Below are positions 18,964 through 29,436 of a stretch of DNA of 64,000 bases, one piece after another. Source of the DNA: Planctomycetota bacterium (lineage in GTDB: Bacteria; Planctomycetota; UBA8108; SXIK01); contig CBDCXR010000004.1 of NCBI GenBank assembly GCA_965223845.1, positions 6,688,001-6,752,000 of the forward strand. The letters run 5' to 3'. The position numbers and the translations under genes were made by a program. Below the pieces are notes generated by a model. That model did no database searches. It was given only the letters and a program-made list of their open reading frames with translations, and was not told the DNA's origin. Each line of letters begins with the position of its first letter. Position 1 is the first letter of the stretch.

Positions 18964-21518
18964 GTGCTTGGAACGATCGCGACACGCTGCTTCTCGGGTT
19001 GACGATTGCGGCACAGCTTGCCGTGATCGCTCTCGTCGCATTTGCTGCGGGTCGATTGACGCGGCGAAACGGAGTGCTTCGCTATTCGTTCTACGTGGGG
19101 GCTCTTCTTCTCATGCTGCTCTCGCCTGCTCTCGCGATCATCGGCCAGCGCTGTGAGATCGCCTTCTTCGCCGTTCCGGTCGAGGCGGATGATCCGCTCG
19201 GCCGTGCCGCCAGTTCGCCGCGCGATCCCGGCGATGCGTCCGGCGGGACGATCGAGTTCGTTTCTCTTCCCGCGTCGACGAACCGCCCGTGGTCCGGGGA
19301 GACGACGTTCACGTTCGCGGCGGGATTCCCCGCAGCGGGTCGACCGTCGGAGGCGGGTGCTTCGTCGGTGGCGCTCCCCCCGACGTCACTCCCGCCGGAG
19401 GAGAGCGATTCCCACGTGTTCGTGCTCCACTTCGCGCTCGCCGTCTGGGGCGCCGGGGTGGTGTTCCTTCTCGCTCGACTTCTCGCGGCGTACCGGTCCC
19501 TTCGACGGATTCGTCGTGACGCCGTCCCGCTCGCTTCGCGCCATTTGGAGCCGCTGCGCGACTGGCTGAAGTCCGCTTTCGCCGATCGTCCAATCCCTCC
19601 GATCGTCACCTCGAACCTAGCGCCGACTCCGATCTCCTTCGGTTTCGTGCGTCCGCTCGTCGTTCTCCCTCACGGCCTCATCGATTGTCTCGAGCGCGAG
19701 CAACTGCGACAGATCATCGCGCACGAGGTCGCCCACGTCGTGCGTCGCGATCAGTGGATGCTCTTTCTCGAACGCATCGTCGGTGCACTCTTCTGGCCGC
19801 ACGTGGTCGTGCACGCGCTCCAGCGCGCGATCGATCGAGCGCGGGAGGAGATCTGCGACAACTTCGTGCTGAGGTTTTTCGACGCGGCTTCCTACAGCCG
19901 CACTTTGCTCTTTGTCACCGAGTGGAGCGCCCGCCGCCCGCAGCCGAGCCTCGCTGCGGGACTTCTCAAGCGGCGGAAGCTCGAGACCCGCATCGCCGGA
20001 CTTTTGGATGGAAGGAGAGTCCTCATGACGCGTCCGTACCGTTCCACCGTGTTTTCTCTCGTTCTCGGATTGACACTACTCTCGACACTGCTCCTCGGAG
20101 CCGGAGTGCGTACGGAGAGCGACCCACCGGAGCCGGCCGATCCGTCGGGTGAGGGCGCCGCGAACGCGGAGCCACCGAACGATCCGAGTGCGCTCCCAGC
20201 CGAGTCCGTGCGCGACGAGATCTTGCTCGCCGCCGGGGTTCTCTCCGAAACCCTTCTCGGCGGTGGAGAGTCTCAGACGAACGAAGCGCCGGAGGAGGGC
20301 GTCGAGGGTCCCTCGGCGAAGAAGAAGACAGCGACCTCGCCGGAGGACAGCGAACCGAAGGAAGGCGCTCCCGATCAGCCTGGGAAGGCGAACGACTCCG
20401 CGGAAGAAGAGCTGAATGCCGAGATCGAACGCTACTTTTGGCGGGTGCTCGATTCCAGTGGAGACGCCGACGAGAACTCGAACAAGCTTACTCTCCAGCG
20501 GTTCGCCCTCGATTTGACCGGTCTCCCGGGCACCGCCGACGACTTCCAGACGTTCCCCGTTCCCGAGGGAGCGAAGTCACTGAAGGACTGGCTCTACCGA
20601 GATGTCGACGGCGACGGCAAGCTCGACTTGATCCTCTCCCATGGAAGCCCGGACGGCACGGCCTTTGGCTCCGATCCCGAACGCATGTATCGCGATTGGA
20701 TCATCCGGTCGAACACGCAAGGCTGGCAGCAGGTGTTCGGCCGGCCGAACGAGTACGGTTGGACGACCAAACTCGTGTATGAACCGAGACTCCTTTCGGG
20801 GACTTCCGTTTCTGGCGAGTGGATCCAGGTTTCCGATCCTGCTCTGGTCTCCGCCTTGGGTGGAGCCCAGCTCCGGCCGCTCGATGCGCTCCTTCGATCG
20901 CAACTCGAGTTGCCGGAAGGACAGGGACTCAGTGTTGCTGCGCTCACCGAAGACGGCGCCGCCGCGAACTCTGGATTCCGTGCGAACGACATCCTCGTCT
21001 CCGTCGACGGCCGTCCGCTTCGGCGGCCGGCGGAACTGCTCGAAGCGTCGCGATCGGGGCAAACGCCGACGATCCATGTGGTACGAGATGGCGCTCGACT
21101 CGAGCTTCTCTGGCGTGTCCCTCCGGTCGAGCCACCCAAGATGGAGGATCACGTCGAACAGCCGTACTGGATCGGCGTTCGCGTCGAGCGCGTGCACGCG
21201 ACCACACGGAGGCAACTCGGTCTCGAGGAACGCGAGTACTGCTATTTGAGCGCCGTGGTCTCGAACGGCCCGGCGGAGCGAGCGGGACTCAAGGTCCACG
21301 ATATCGTCGTGAGCGGCGACGGAACGTCGATCACGAACCTGAAGGAGCTTCGCGACTATGTCGTCGCGTCCGAAGGCAAGGCGATCCTGCTCAAGATTCG
21401 CCGCGGCGGTCGGTTGCTCTTTGTGTCGGTGGTTCCGGAGAAGCCGGCGGCGACGAGGCCGTCCACGGATACGGAACCAGAGAGCGCCGGAGTGGAAGGC
21501 GCTGCGGCGACGAACTGA
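18960..21518 (+). CDS. BlaR1-like M56 metallopeptidase with two C-terminal PDZ domains
   Basis: TM segments; AHEVAHVVRRD; REEICD; PDZ motifs GAAANSGFRANDIL and GPAERAGLKVHDIV; ATGA overlap with the BlaI gene. Confidence 0.9.
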   Translation: MSAWNDRDTLLLGLTIAAQLAVIALVAFAAGRLTRRNGVLRYSFYVGALLLMLLSPALAIIGQRCEIAFFAVPVEADDPLGRAASSPRDPGDASGGTIEFVSLPASTNRPWSGETTFTFAAGFPAAGRPSEAGASSVALPPTSLPPEESDSHVFVLHFALAVWGAGVVFLLARLLAAYRSLRRIRRDAVPLASRHLEPLRDWLKSAFADRPIPPIVTSNLAPTPISFGFVRPLVVLPHGLIDCLEREQLRQIIAHEVAHVVRRDQWMLFLERIVGALFWPHVVVHALQRAIDRAREEICDNFVLRFFDAASYSRTLLFVTEWSARRPQPSLAAGLLKRRKLETRIAGLLDGRRVLMTRPYRSTVFSLVLGLTLLSTLLLGAGVRTESDPPEPADPSGEGAANAEPPNDPSALPAESVRDEILLAAGVLSETLLGGGESQTNEAPEEGVEGPSAKKKTATSPEDSEPKEGAPDQPGKANDSAEEELNAEIERYFWRVLDSSGDADENSNKLTLQRFALDLTGLPGTADDFQTFPVPEGAKSLKDWLYRDVDGDGKLDLILSHGSPDGTAFGSDPERMYRDWIIRSNTQGWQQVFGRPNEYGWTTKLVYEPRLLSGTSVSGEWIQVSDPALVSALGGAQLRPLDALLRSQLELPEGQGLSVAALTEDGAAANSGFRANDILVSVDGRPLRRPAELLEASRSGQTPTIHVVRDGARLELLWRVPPVEPPKMEDHVEQPYWIGVRVERVHATTRRQLGLEEREYCYLSAVVSNGPAERAGLKVHDIVVSGDGTSITNLKELRDYVVASEGKAILLKIRRGGRLLFVSVVPEKPAATRPSTDTEPESAGVEGAAATN

Positions 21519-21528
21519 GAATCGTAGC

Positions 21529-22191
21529 TTAACGCGGCTCAGTCGGAGCTTGCGTCCCGGGCGATCGCGGTGGCGGCGGCCACGGTGCGTCGACGCCGTA
21601 GCCCTCGCGGTTGCCCGGATCCGCCATTACACGATCCGTCGTGATGGTGAAAACTCCGAGCGTCCCCCCTCCGGGAAACTCCACCTGCCATTCGACGGGT
21701 CCGAATTCGTAGAAGAGGAGGATCTCGTCCTCGTCTTCATCGCGCCAGTACGGTGCGCCGAACCGCGCGACGAATTCCGCTTCCGTCGTGGAACCTCCGA
21801 TCGGGATCTCCTCGCCGTCGAGCTCGATCCTCCCGTCGAAGGTCGAATGCCCGAGCCCTTTCGCGAGGGGGTTGTTGCGAGCGATGGACGGGTCGTTCCA
21901 GCGGACCAGGATCCAATCGACGGTGTCGGAGCACCCGATCTCGAACGCGTTCGCGATGTGGGCGTAGGCGTAAGGCGGCTCCTCGGGCCCTTCGCTTCGG
22001 GTGATCAATCCGAGATCCGACATTGTCTGTGGGGACATGGGCTCCACTCTCTTTCCGACAACCAAGCCGGCGAGCGAGGGAGCACCGAGGTCGAGAACGA
22101 GAGATTCGCGCTGCGGCGAACGCGAGCAACCGGTCCCGCTGGCGAGAGTCACGATAGCAAACGCAATCCAAGAGGCGGTGCGAGTCACCAT
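21529..22191 (-). CDS. Hypothetical lipoprotein
   Basis: Signal peptide ending in a lipobox-like GTGC; plausible codon usage. Confidence 0.65.
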   Translation of the reverse strand: MVTRTASWIAFAIVTLASGTGCSRSPQRESLVLDLGAPSLAGLVVGKRVEPMSPQTMSDLGLITRSEGPEEPPYAYAHIANAFEIGCSDTVDWILVRWNDPSIARNNPLAKGLGHSTFDGRIELDGEEIPIGGSTTEAEFVARFGAPYWRDEDEDEILLFYEFGPVEWQVEFPGGGTLGVFTITTDRVMADPGNREGYGVDAPWPPPPRSPGTQAPTEPR

Positions 22192-22297
22192 AGGATGCTC
22201 CGGCCGAATTCACTCGATTCGAGAAACTCGCGATCTTGCGTACGTACGTCGCGCCGCGTTCAAGGGCGCCGTACGCTGGAGACGCGACTCGAACGGT

Positions 22298-22561
22298 TCA
22301 ACCGTCCGTACGTTCGCGCGGTCCATGTCGAACGCGGGCCCAAAGAAGGCAAGTGAGCACCGCGAGCGGCGTCGCCTGCAGTAGTGTAGGAACGAACCAA
22401 CTGATCGCGGTGTCGTAGACGAATCTCCAGTTCGTTCCCTCTTCGTCGCGAAAAATGCCGCCGGGGTTCTCGAGCCACTCCCAAATCGTCACGAACGAGG
22501 TGACGGCGATCGCGATGGTGATCCCGCACGCGATTCCGATCAGCGTTCTCTTGAACAACAC
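22298..22561 (-). CDS. Small hypothetical membrane protein
   Basis: Two hydrophobic segments around WEWLENPGGIFR...GTNWRFVYDTAISWF. Confidence 0.65.
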   Translation of the reverse strand: MLFKRTLIGIACGITIAIAVTSFVTIWEWLENPGGIFRDEEGTNWRFVYDTAISWFVPTLLQATPLAVLTCLLWARVRHGPRERTDG

Positions 22562-22724
22562 GGTTTCGTCGACGCGTCCTCTCGTCCGCGGTCGCCTACT
22601 CCTTGCCGCGGTAGACGGCGAGTCGCCGAATCGACCTCGTACCCGTCGGCCGACTCGGGTTCATGGCTAGATCAGAGTCTACCCGGGCGCATGTTCGAGA
22701 CGGACGAGACAGCGGGAGTGGACT

Positions 22725-24050
22725 CTAGATCCGATACCCATCCGGAACGCGCGCCGCGCGCGGTACGACGACGATCCCGTCGCGGATCGTGACGGTCCCG
22801 TCCTCGTAGTCCTCGCGCCCTTCGAGATTCTGAATGCGGACGTCACGACCGATGTGGACGTTCTTGTCGATGATCGCGTTCTCGACGATCGAACCTTCGC
22901 CGATCCCCGCGCGCGGGACGTGCTCGCGTGCGTCGCGCTCGATCTCCTCGGGGGTTTCGTACGAGTCGGCGCCCATCATGAACGAGTTTCGGAGGACGCA
23001 GTCCTTCCCGACGACCGAGCGAATCCCGATGACGGAGTTTTCGATCCGAGCGTCCTCGATGAGACAGCCCTCGGAGATCAGCGAGTTCGTCACGCTCGCC
23101 GCTTGAATCTTGGTGGCCGGGAGAAGCCGCGCGCGCGTGTAGACCGGATTCTCCTGGAGGTAGAAGTTGAATTGCGGCAGGGCCTGCGCGAGGTCGAGAT
23201 TCGCTTTGTGGAACGTGCGAATCGTTCCGACGTCCTCCCAGTATCCGTGAAAGAGGTGCGCTCGCACTTCGCAGCGATCGAGCAGAGACGGGAGCACTTG
23301 CTTTCCGAAATCGGAGTATTCGTTGTCGAGCGCCTTTTCGAGGCGGTCCTGGTCGAACACGTAGATCCCCATGTTCGCGAGGAAGTACGGCCCGTGTGCC
23401 GGGTCGAGGCCGAACTGCGCGAGCATGTCCGGCGTCGCCTCGAGTCCTTCGAAGAGAGCGTCGTTGTCGCCGGGCTTCTCGATGAACTCGAGCACGCGCC
23501 CCGTTTCGGGGTCGATCCTCATGATCCCGAGGCTCCGCGCTTGCTCTCGCGGTACGAGGAGCCCGGCGATCGTGACTTCGGCCGCACCCACTGTTTCGCC
23601 TCCGCGATGCGTCCGAAGCACGTCGCGAAAATCCATCTGATAGATCTGGTCACCAGAAAGGATCAGCGCGTAGCGCCCGCCGACGTCGTGGAGTCGCTTG
23701 AGGTTCTTGCGCACCGCGTCCGCCGTCCCCTCGTACCACGCGTGATCGAGCGAGTAATTCGGCGACTGCTGGGCGGCGAGGATTTCGACGAACGAAGGGG
23801 TGAAGCGATCGAAGTGGTAGCTGCGAGAAATGTGACGGTGGAGCGACGTCGAGTTGTACTGCGTGAGGATATAGATGCGGCGAAGACCGGAGTTGATGCA
23901 ATTCGAGATCGGGATATCGATGAGACGGTATTTACCGCCGAGTGGTACGGCCGGCTTCGATCTCTGGTGGGTGAGCGGGTAGAGACGTGTTCCCTGACCG
24001 CCGCCCATGATGATGCAGGTTACGCTGTGGTCGTAGGTGTCGGCACGCAC
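22725..24050 (-). CDS. glgC: Glucose-1-phosphate adenylyltransferase
   Basis: GGGQGTRLYPLT, KPAVPLGGKYRLID, GTADAVR, FIEKP, DFGK, YWEDVGT and a beta-helix C-terminus. Confidence 0.97.
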   Translation of the reverse strand: MRADTYDHSVTCIIMGGGQGTRLYPLTHQRSKPAVPLGGKYRLIDIPISNCINSGLRRIYILTQYNSTSLHRHISRSYHFDRFTPSFVEILAAQQSPNYSLDHAWYEGTADAVRKNLKRLHDVGGRYALILSGDQIYQMDFRDVLRTHRGGETVGAAEVTIAGLLVPREQARSLGIMRIDPETGRVLEFIEKPGDNDALFEGLEATPDMLAQFGLDPAHGPYFLANMGIYVFDQDRLEKALDNEYSDFGKQVLPSLLDRCEVRAHLFHGYWEDVGTIRTFHKANLDLAQALPQFNFYLQENPVYTRARLLPATKIQAASVTNSLISEGCLIEDARIENSVIGIRSVVGKDCVLRNSFMMGADSYETPEEIERDAREHVPRAGIGEGSIVENAIIDKNVHIGRDVRIQNLEGREDYEDGTVTIRDGIVVVPRAARVPDGYRI

Positions 24051-24195
24051 CGGCGGCGCCTCGCAGTGAAGAGTGTTTCGGTTTCAGCGGGGCGCCGCGC
24101 TCGGGCGAGTGAATCGCGCCGCTGTTGCTGTTCGCCATACTACCAGGGCGAACGGGATCGGCGAGGCCGCAGTTCGAAACTCTCGCGCGGGCGGC

Positions 24196-25176
24196 TCAGC
24201 GGGCCGGCGTCGACGTCCGGAGCTCCGCGACCGAGGTCCGGGATCCGTCCGCTTCGTCGGTGCCGCGGTCGAGTTCGTCCGCCGCGCCGCGAAGGGGATC
24301 ACCCTCTTCGTTCGTCATCGACTGAAGGCTCGTCTGGAGGCGTGAGAGGCGATCCTCCTGCAGTGCGACCGCGGCCGCGAGCTCGCTCCTTGCGCTCTCG
24401 AACCGCCGTCGTTCTTCGCGACGCCTCGCGCGGCTGTGGAACCAGCGGAAACCGGAGCGAGAGCCGCCGCCGGACACCGAGAGCGCGGTCGCGCGCTCGA
24501 CTCTCGGTCGCGCTTTCGCGAGCGTACCTTCGACGTCTACGGCGAGCTCGACGAGGCGATCGACCAGCCGATCGCGGGAGCGTCGAGCCTCCTCCGCGCT
24601 TCCGCGAGCGTTCGCGATCTGCTCGGCGCCCCGCCGGCGCAGCGCCTCGAGCGCCGCTTCCGTCGAGGCGAGCTGCTGCGCGAACGAAGCGGCGAGCTCC
24701 TCGCAGCGTCCTTCGAGGCTCTCGACTTCGGCGCGGAGCGAACGCAGCGCTCCGTCCTTCAGCTCGAGCGCGTCACGGAGCTCGTCGACCCGTGTTTTGA
24801 GGTGAGCACCGACCTGCCCCATCTGCTCGCCGAGCGAGCGGACTTCGCCCGCGATGTCAGCCTCGGCGAGCGACTGCTCCTCGAGCTCTCGCCGATCGCG
24901 TTCCCACTGTTCGGTGAGAGCGCGGGTCCTTTCCGTGACGAGCCGATCGATGTGCCGCTGAATGTGGCGCCACAGCCGCCGCGCCCCCTCCTCGTCGGGA
25001 AGGGAGATCTCGCGCGCACCGCGTTCCTCGTCCTCGAGCGACGCCGAGGCCTCGGCCGCGGGCGCCGTCGCCCGAGGCTCCTCGGTCTGCGTCTCGACGG
25101 ACTCTCCGTTCGCCTCGGGCGCATCGTGACGAGGCTCGACCCGTCGACGCCAGCGATCGAATAGCGCGGCTCTCAT
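24196..25176 (-). CDS. Hypothetical coiled-coil protein
   Basis: Long heptad-rich E/R/L/A ORF co-oriented between the galT-like gene and glgC. Confidence 0.6.
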   Translation of the reverse strand: MRAALFDRWRRRVEPRHDAPEANGESVETQTEEPRATAPAAEASASLEDEERGAREISLPDEEGARRLWRHIQRHIDRLVTERTRALTEQWERDRRELEEQSLAEADIAGEVRSLGEQMGQVGAHLKTRVDELRDALELKDGALRSLRAEVESLEGRCEELAASFAQQLASTEAALEALRRRGAEQIANARGSAEEARRSRDRLVDRLVELAVDVEGTLAKARPRVERATALSVSGGGSRSGFRWFHSRARRREERRRFESARSELAAAVALQEDRLSRLQTSLQSMTNEEGDPLRGAADELDRGTDEADGSRTSVAELRTSTPAR

Positions 25177-25240
25177 CGCCCTCACTTCCTCCACTTCTCC
25201 GCTGTCCCCGAAAATCCGCGCTGACGATCGAGAGTATAGC

Positions 25241-26365
25241 TCAGCCTGAGGGATCCGAGCTACCGTCTGCCGCGCCGCCGATCACGGAGGGACGACTCAC
25301 CGCCGAGTGGCGGCGCTCGATCGCCCCGCGGAGCTCTCGAGCGGCGATCTCCGCCGGCGTGTCGTTGATGTGGGATCCGCTCGCCCACTCGAACCCAGCG
25401 AGTTGGCTCGAGCGCGGAAGAAGTTCGATAAACCAGTGAAAAGGCGCCGTGTCGTCCGCTTCCGCTCGCTCCGCGTGGACGTCCCCGCGACGAATCGGTG
25501 CCGACTGAAGAATGAGATTGAACGCGACCGGGCCCGCCGTAACCGCGAGAGCTCGCGCTACCTTGCCGAGCAGATCCGCAAGATCGACGAGAGCGGAATC
25601 CTCGGCCGCGCGGTAGTCGGCGGCGTGATCGCGCGGGGTGACGCAGATCTCGTACGGAACCCGACTCGCGTGCGGGCAGAACGCGACGTGACGAACGCTC
25701 GCAGCGACGACGCGGTCGCCGACGTCGATCTCGTGAGCGATCCGCGAACAGAGGAGACAGTCCCCGCGGCTGGAACGACGCGTCTGAAACGCCCGCTCCG
25801 CCGTGACGAGAACTCGCGGGACGATCGGCGTCGCGAGAATCTGAGAATGCGGATGGTCGATCGTCGCGCCGGCGGAGCGGCCTTCGTTTCGAAAGACGTG
25901 CACACAAGCGATGCCGGGACGCGCGGCGATGGCGCGCATGCGATCTCGCCAGCAGATGAGAACGCGCGCGAGCTGCGCGGCCGGGAGCGTCGCGAGCGTC
26001 GCCGAGTGGGTCTCGGTTTCGATCACGACTTCGTGGACACCCGTCCCCGGCCGTGGTGGATCACAAGCCTCACCCGGAGGGAATTCGCGCTCGACCCGCG
26101 CCGTGTCGGGAGCGATCGCCGGATACTTGTTCGGGACGACGCGAAGCGTCCAGCCGGAGGCATCTCGAGGCGTATCTTCCGATCGCTCGGCCGCGACCTC
26201 CGGCGGCGTCTCGGCTTCGTTACCCGGGCAGAACGGACAATTCCTTTGCGAGGGAGTCTCCGCAGCCGTCGCCGCCGGCCGCGGCCGGCGCGCCCGAGCC
26301 GGCGCGACGAGGGTCCATTCGTCGCGAAGTGGTTCGTAGCGAAACTCGGGCTGCGTCGGGGGCAC
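25241..26365 (-). CDS. galT: GalT-family nucleotidyltransferase (galactose-1-phosphate uridylyltransferase-like)
   Basis: CPFCPGNE, RVVPNKYP, HEVVIE, GATIDHPHSQ and CLLC. Confidence 0.85.
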   Translation of the reverse strand: MPPTQPEFRYEPLRDEWTLVAPARARRPRPAATAAETPSQRNCPFCPGNEAETPPEVAAERSEDTPRDASGWTLRVVPNKYPAIAPDTARVEREFPPGEACDPPRPGTGVHEVVIETETHSATLATLPAAQLARVLICWRDRMRAIAARPGIACVHVFRNEGRSAGATIDHPHSQILATPIVPRVLVTAERAFQTRRSSRGDCLLCSRIAHEIDVGDRVVAASVRHVAFCPHASRVPYEICVTPRDHAADYRAAEDSALVDLADLLGKVARALAVTAGPVAFNLILQSAPIRRGDVHAERAEADDTAPFHWFIELLPRSSQLAGFEWASGSHINDTPAEIAARELRGAIERRHSAVSRPSVIGGAADGSSDPSG

Positions 26366-26686
26366 GGCGGATCAGATCCGTTCTCGGGGTGGGAGACTGT
26401 CGCGCATCCCCTCGGTCCGTCGGCCGCACCGGGCTGCGCCACACCGGCCCTGCGCGGGGATTGTCTCGCCGCGGGATTGTGGTTGCTTCGGCGGAGACTA
26501 TACTAACAGCGTGCCCGTAAGGTGAATTTCCTTCCGGCCGCTCGAGGTTCTCTCCGTGGGCGTCCAGTGCGGAGCGGACCGCCGGCGGAATGGACCGTAG
26601 GTCTCGACGACCGAATGGGATCTAAGGTTGAACTCGGTCGTCGAGCGGCGGTGGGACCGGTGAAACGCGAACGCAGTTCTCACGCG

Positions 26687-27187
26687 ATGATCTCTGAACT
26701 CGATCTTCCGCAAAAGCTGTTCACCCTCGAGGAGGCGAGCCGCACTCTGCCTCTCGTTTCGCGCATCCTGCGGGATATCGTGAACGCGTACTCGGAAATC
26801 GAGCGACGACAGCGGCGTATGCTCGAAGCGAGCACGAGCGGGATTGGCGAACCGGCGGTCGCGGGCGACGATGCACCGGGTCTCTCTCCGAGCGGCGCGG
26901 TCGTTCGCGCGGGGGACGAGCCCGTACTCGCCACCGTCGATCTCGACGCGCTCGCGAGGGAGGTCGAGGAGCTTCAGGAGGAGCTCCGCAGCTACGAAGC
27001 CGAGCTGCGGCAGCTGGGCTGCGTGTGCAAGGACCCGCGGGAGGGCTTAGTCGACTTCCCGGCGGAGCTCGACGGGCGCGTCGTCTTCCTTTGCTGGAAG
27101 CTCGGGGAGGACGAGATCGGGCACTGGCACGAAGTCGACGCTGGATTCGCCGGCCGTCAGACCGTCGGCGGCGTCTTTACGAGTTGA
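26687..27187 (+). CDS. DUF2203-family protein
   Basis: FTLEEA...LP, KDPREGLVDFP, LCWKLGE..I.HWH...AGFAGRQ. Confidence 0.85.
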   Translation: MISELDLPQKLFTLEEASRTLPLVSRILRDIVNAYSEIERRQRRMLEASTSGIGEPAVAGDDAPGLSPSGAVVRAGDEPVLATVDLDALAREVEELQEELRSYEAELRQLGCVCKDPREGLVDFPAELDGRVVFLCWKLGEDEIGHWHEVDAGFAGRQTVGGVFTS

Positions 27188-28276
27188 GACGCTCGTAGGC
27201 GGACTCGTCTCGAGGTGCTCGGTTCGCGCCGCCCGCCCGTGCGCTCGCGCGTCGACGTCCCAGCCGAGTTCTGCCGCGCGGATCTCCGCGCGTTCTCGTG
27301 ACGCTTCTCCGCCGCGCTTCGGCGCGATCCCATTGGCGCGAGCGAGAAGAATCTCTGCCCGCCTCGCGACCGGAGAGTTCGGAGCGGCGCTCAGGCAGCG
27401 CTCGAGGTACGTGCGCGCTCGATGGGCTCGACCCTGATCGAGATGGAGATATCCGAGCGAGAAGAGGATCCGCGTCCGCACCGCGGCCGGACCGGCGATC
27501 TCGACCCGAAGCGAGTCGGAGAGAACCTCGATCGCCCGCCCGACCTCGCCGAGTCGGCGCAGGCACCGAGCCCGCGCGAGGGCGAGCGTCGCGATGTGCC
27601 GAGCGGTCGGACCGTACCGAGTGGCCTCCTCGAGCAGCGCGTTTGCGCGCGTGAGCTTCCCCGTGTCGAGCAGGTACTCACCGCGGAGAAGGAGCGAACG
27701 GCCGTAGAGCGCCTTCGCGTCCTCGGCCGGATCCGGCCGTTCCTCGACACCGCGAGAAAGTCGATCGAAATGTGCCCGCGCGGCCGATCGCTCTCCGCGA
27801 ATCCAGTGGTAGTAGCCGAGCCAAAAGGCGGTGGTGGGGTCTCTGGGCGGCGATGCGCCGATCGAGCGGTGGATTCGCGCGGAGTGGAGGGCGTCGCGGA
27901 GGAGGTCGATCGTCTCTTCTCGGGTCTCGGCACGCTCCACTCGCACGAGCTCTTCTCCGCGCGGATCGAGGACGACGCCGATCGCTCGGTTTCCGACGCC
28001 GAAGCGCTCGCCGACCGACGGCTCGCGGGCCGAGTCGACGACGAGCGTCACCTCCGCGCCGACGCTCGACCATCTCTCGTCTCGGAGAACCGTCTCGACG
28101 AGCACGGCTTCGCCTTCACCCGGTGCGATCCACGCGACCGCGAGCGATCGAGGGGAGAGTGAACCGAGAACGTCATCGACCGAATCGCCGCGCACGAGCG
28201 CCGGGAGGCCGAGACCCGTGGCGATGATCGAAAACGCGAGTGTGGCTCGAAGCCTCTGGTCGTGTTGTCGCAGCAT
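27047..28276 (-). CDS. Hypothetical secreted TPR protein
   Basis: Signal-like N-terminus and TPR-like helices (FWLGYYH, LFSLGYLHLDQG). Start is uncertain and the 3' end overlaps the DUF2203 gene. Confidence 0.55.
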   Translation of the reverse strand: MLRQHDQRLRATLAFSIIATGLGLPALVRGDSVDDVLGSLSPRSLAVAWIAPGEGEAVLVETVLRDERWSSVGAEVTLVVDSAREPSVGERFGVGNRAIGVVLDPRGEELVRVERAETREETIDLLRDALHSARIHRSIGASPPRDPTTAFWLGYYHWIRGERSAARAHFDRLSRGVEERPDPAEDAKALYGRSLLLRGEYLLDTGKLTRANALLEEATRYGPTARHIATLALARARCLRRLGEVGRAIEVLSDSLRVEIAGPAAVRTRILFSLGYLHLDQGRAHRARTYLERCLSAAPNSPVARRAEILLARANGIAPKRGGEASRERAEIRAAELGWDVDARAHGRAARTEHLETSPPTSVSTRKDAADGLTAGESSVDFVPVPDLVLPELPAKEDDAPVELRREVD

Positions 28277-28896
28277 CCCGTTGTGTCGCGGAGTCGGTGT
28301 TCGGCGGTCGGTGATGCAGCGCGCTCCCGCGGGGGGGTGAACGCGCTCGCGACGTACCTCGTCCACGCTTGCCGGACGGGACATCGGAAGAGAATACCCG
28401 GCGGTTCCCAGAACGTCGAATCGGCGCCACGGAGCGCGGATGGCACCCGCGTCCGTCGGCACGAGGCTTGCCGTGCACGCGGACGCCTCGCGGATTCCGC
28501 GTGCACGGCATGGGGCTGCGTTGTTGTCGCTCCGCAGCATCTCTGGTCGCGGCGCGTCGGGAGAAACCCGGTGCCATCGCGACCGGGTCGAGCTAAAATG
28601 ACGATGTCAGACGACTGACCCACGCCGCGAATCGTCTTCGCGCGAGCCGCCGCGGAGCACGATCTTCACCAGTGGTTTTCGACCTTGCATCGGCCCTTCG
28701 TTTCGCGCGTGTCCGCCGTCCGTCCTCGACGCGGACGTGTGCGCGACGGCTCGGTCTCGGCTCGAGTTCTGCCGGATTCGGCGCGGTTTCCGATAAGCAC
28801 TCAAGCTTTCGGTCACGTTCGGACGAAAGAGCAAATGCGTAGCGTAACCGAGGGCCGACGAATCGTAGAGTAGAGCCCGTAGAGTTTCCGAGCGGC

Positions 28897-29436
28897 GTGA
28901 CGTCGCTCGACTTCGCGGTGAGCGAAGGAACCGAATCGCCCGAAGAGAATCCGCTTTCGACGGACCCGAAGCCGTTCGGCTCGGGAGATGTCCGCTCGCG
29001 GTTCTTCGGCGCGGCGGTGACGAGCTCACCTTCCGTGCCCGACACGCGGTCGACAACATTGGGATCACCCGCCGCCGAACACGATCACTCCGCCCAGGAG
29101 TCGTTCCTGAAGGACGACCGCATCGCCGGGTACTGGCCGTCGGAACGGAGAGCGATGCTCGTTCATCGCTTTTACCTCGTGAGCAAGTTTCGCCGCGAGG
29201 TCAGCGTCGAGGAGACGTTGACGAGTTGGGAGTCCGGCGGCGCCAAGGATTGGCGCAAGAAGAAGATGCGCCGCGACACGCAGCGGCAGATGCGCGAGAT
29301 CGAGCGGCACAAGTACTTCCTCAGTCAGCACGAAGGGGCGGATGTCGGATGGGAAGCGGCCGCCTCGGATTGGGTCGCCCGCCACAGCGCCGATTGGCGC
29401 GACTGGTGGGAACAGCAGCCCGATTCTTGCCCGTAG
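28897..29436 (+). CDS. Hypothetical protein with DUF4032-like repeats
   Basis: Two related segments, HRFYLVSK...VSVEETLTSW and HKYFLSQ..G.DVGWEAAASDW; start uncertain. Confidence 0.65.
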   Translation: MTSLDFAVSEGTESPEENPLSTDPKPFGSGDVRSRFFGAAVTSSPSVPDTRSTTLGSPAAEHDHSAQESFLKDDRIAGYWPSERRAMLVHRFYLVSKFRREVSVEETLTSWESGGAKDWRKKKMRRDTQRQMREIERHKYFLSQHEGADVGWEAAASDWVARHSADWRDWWEQQPDSCP

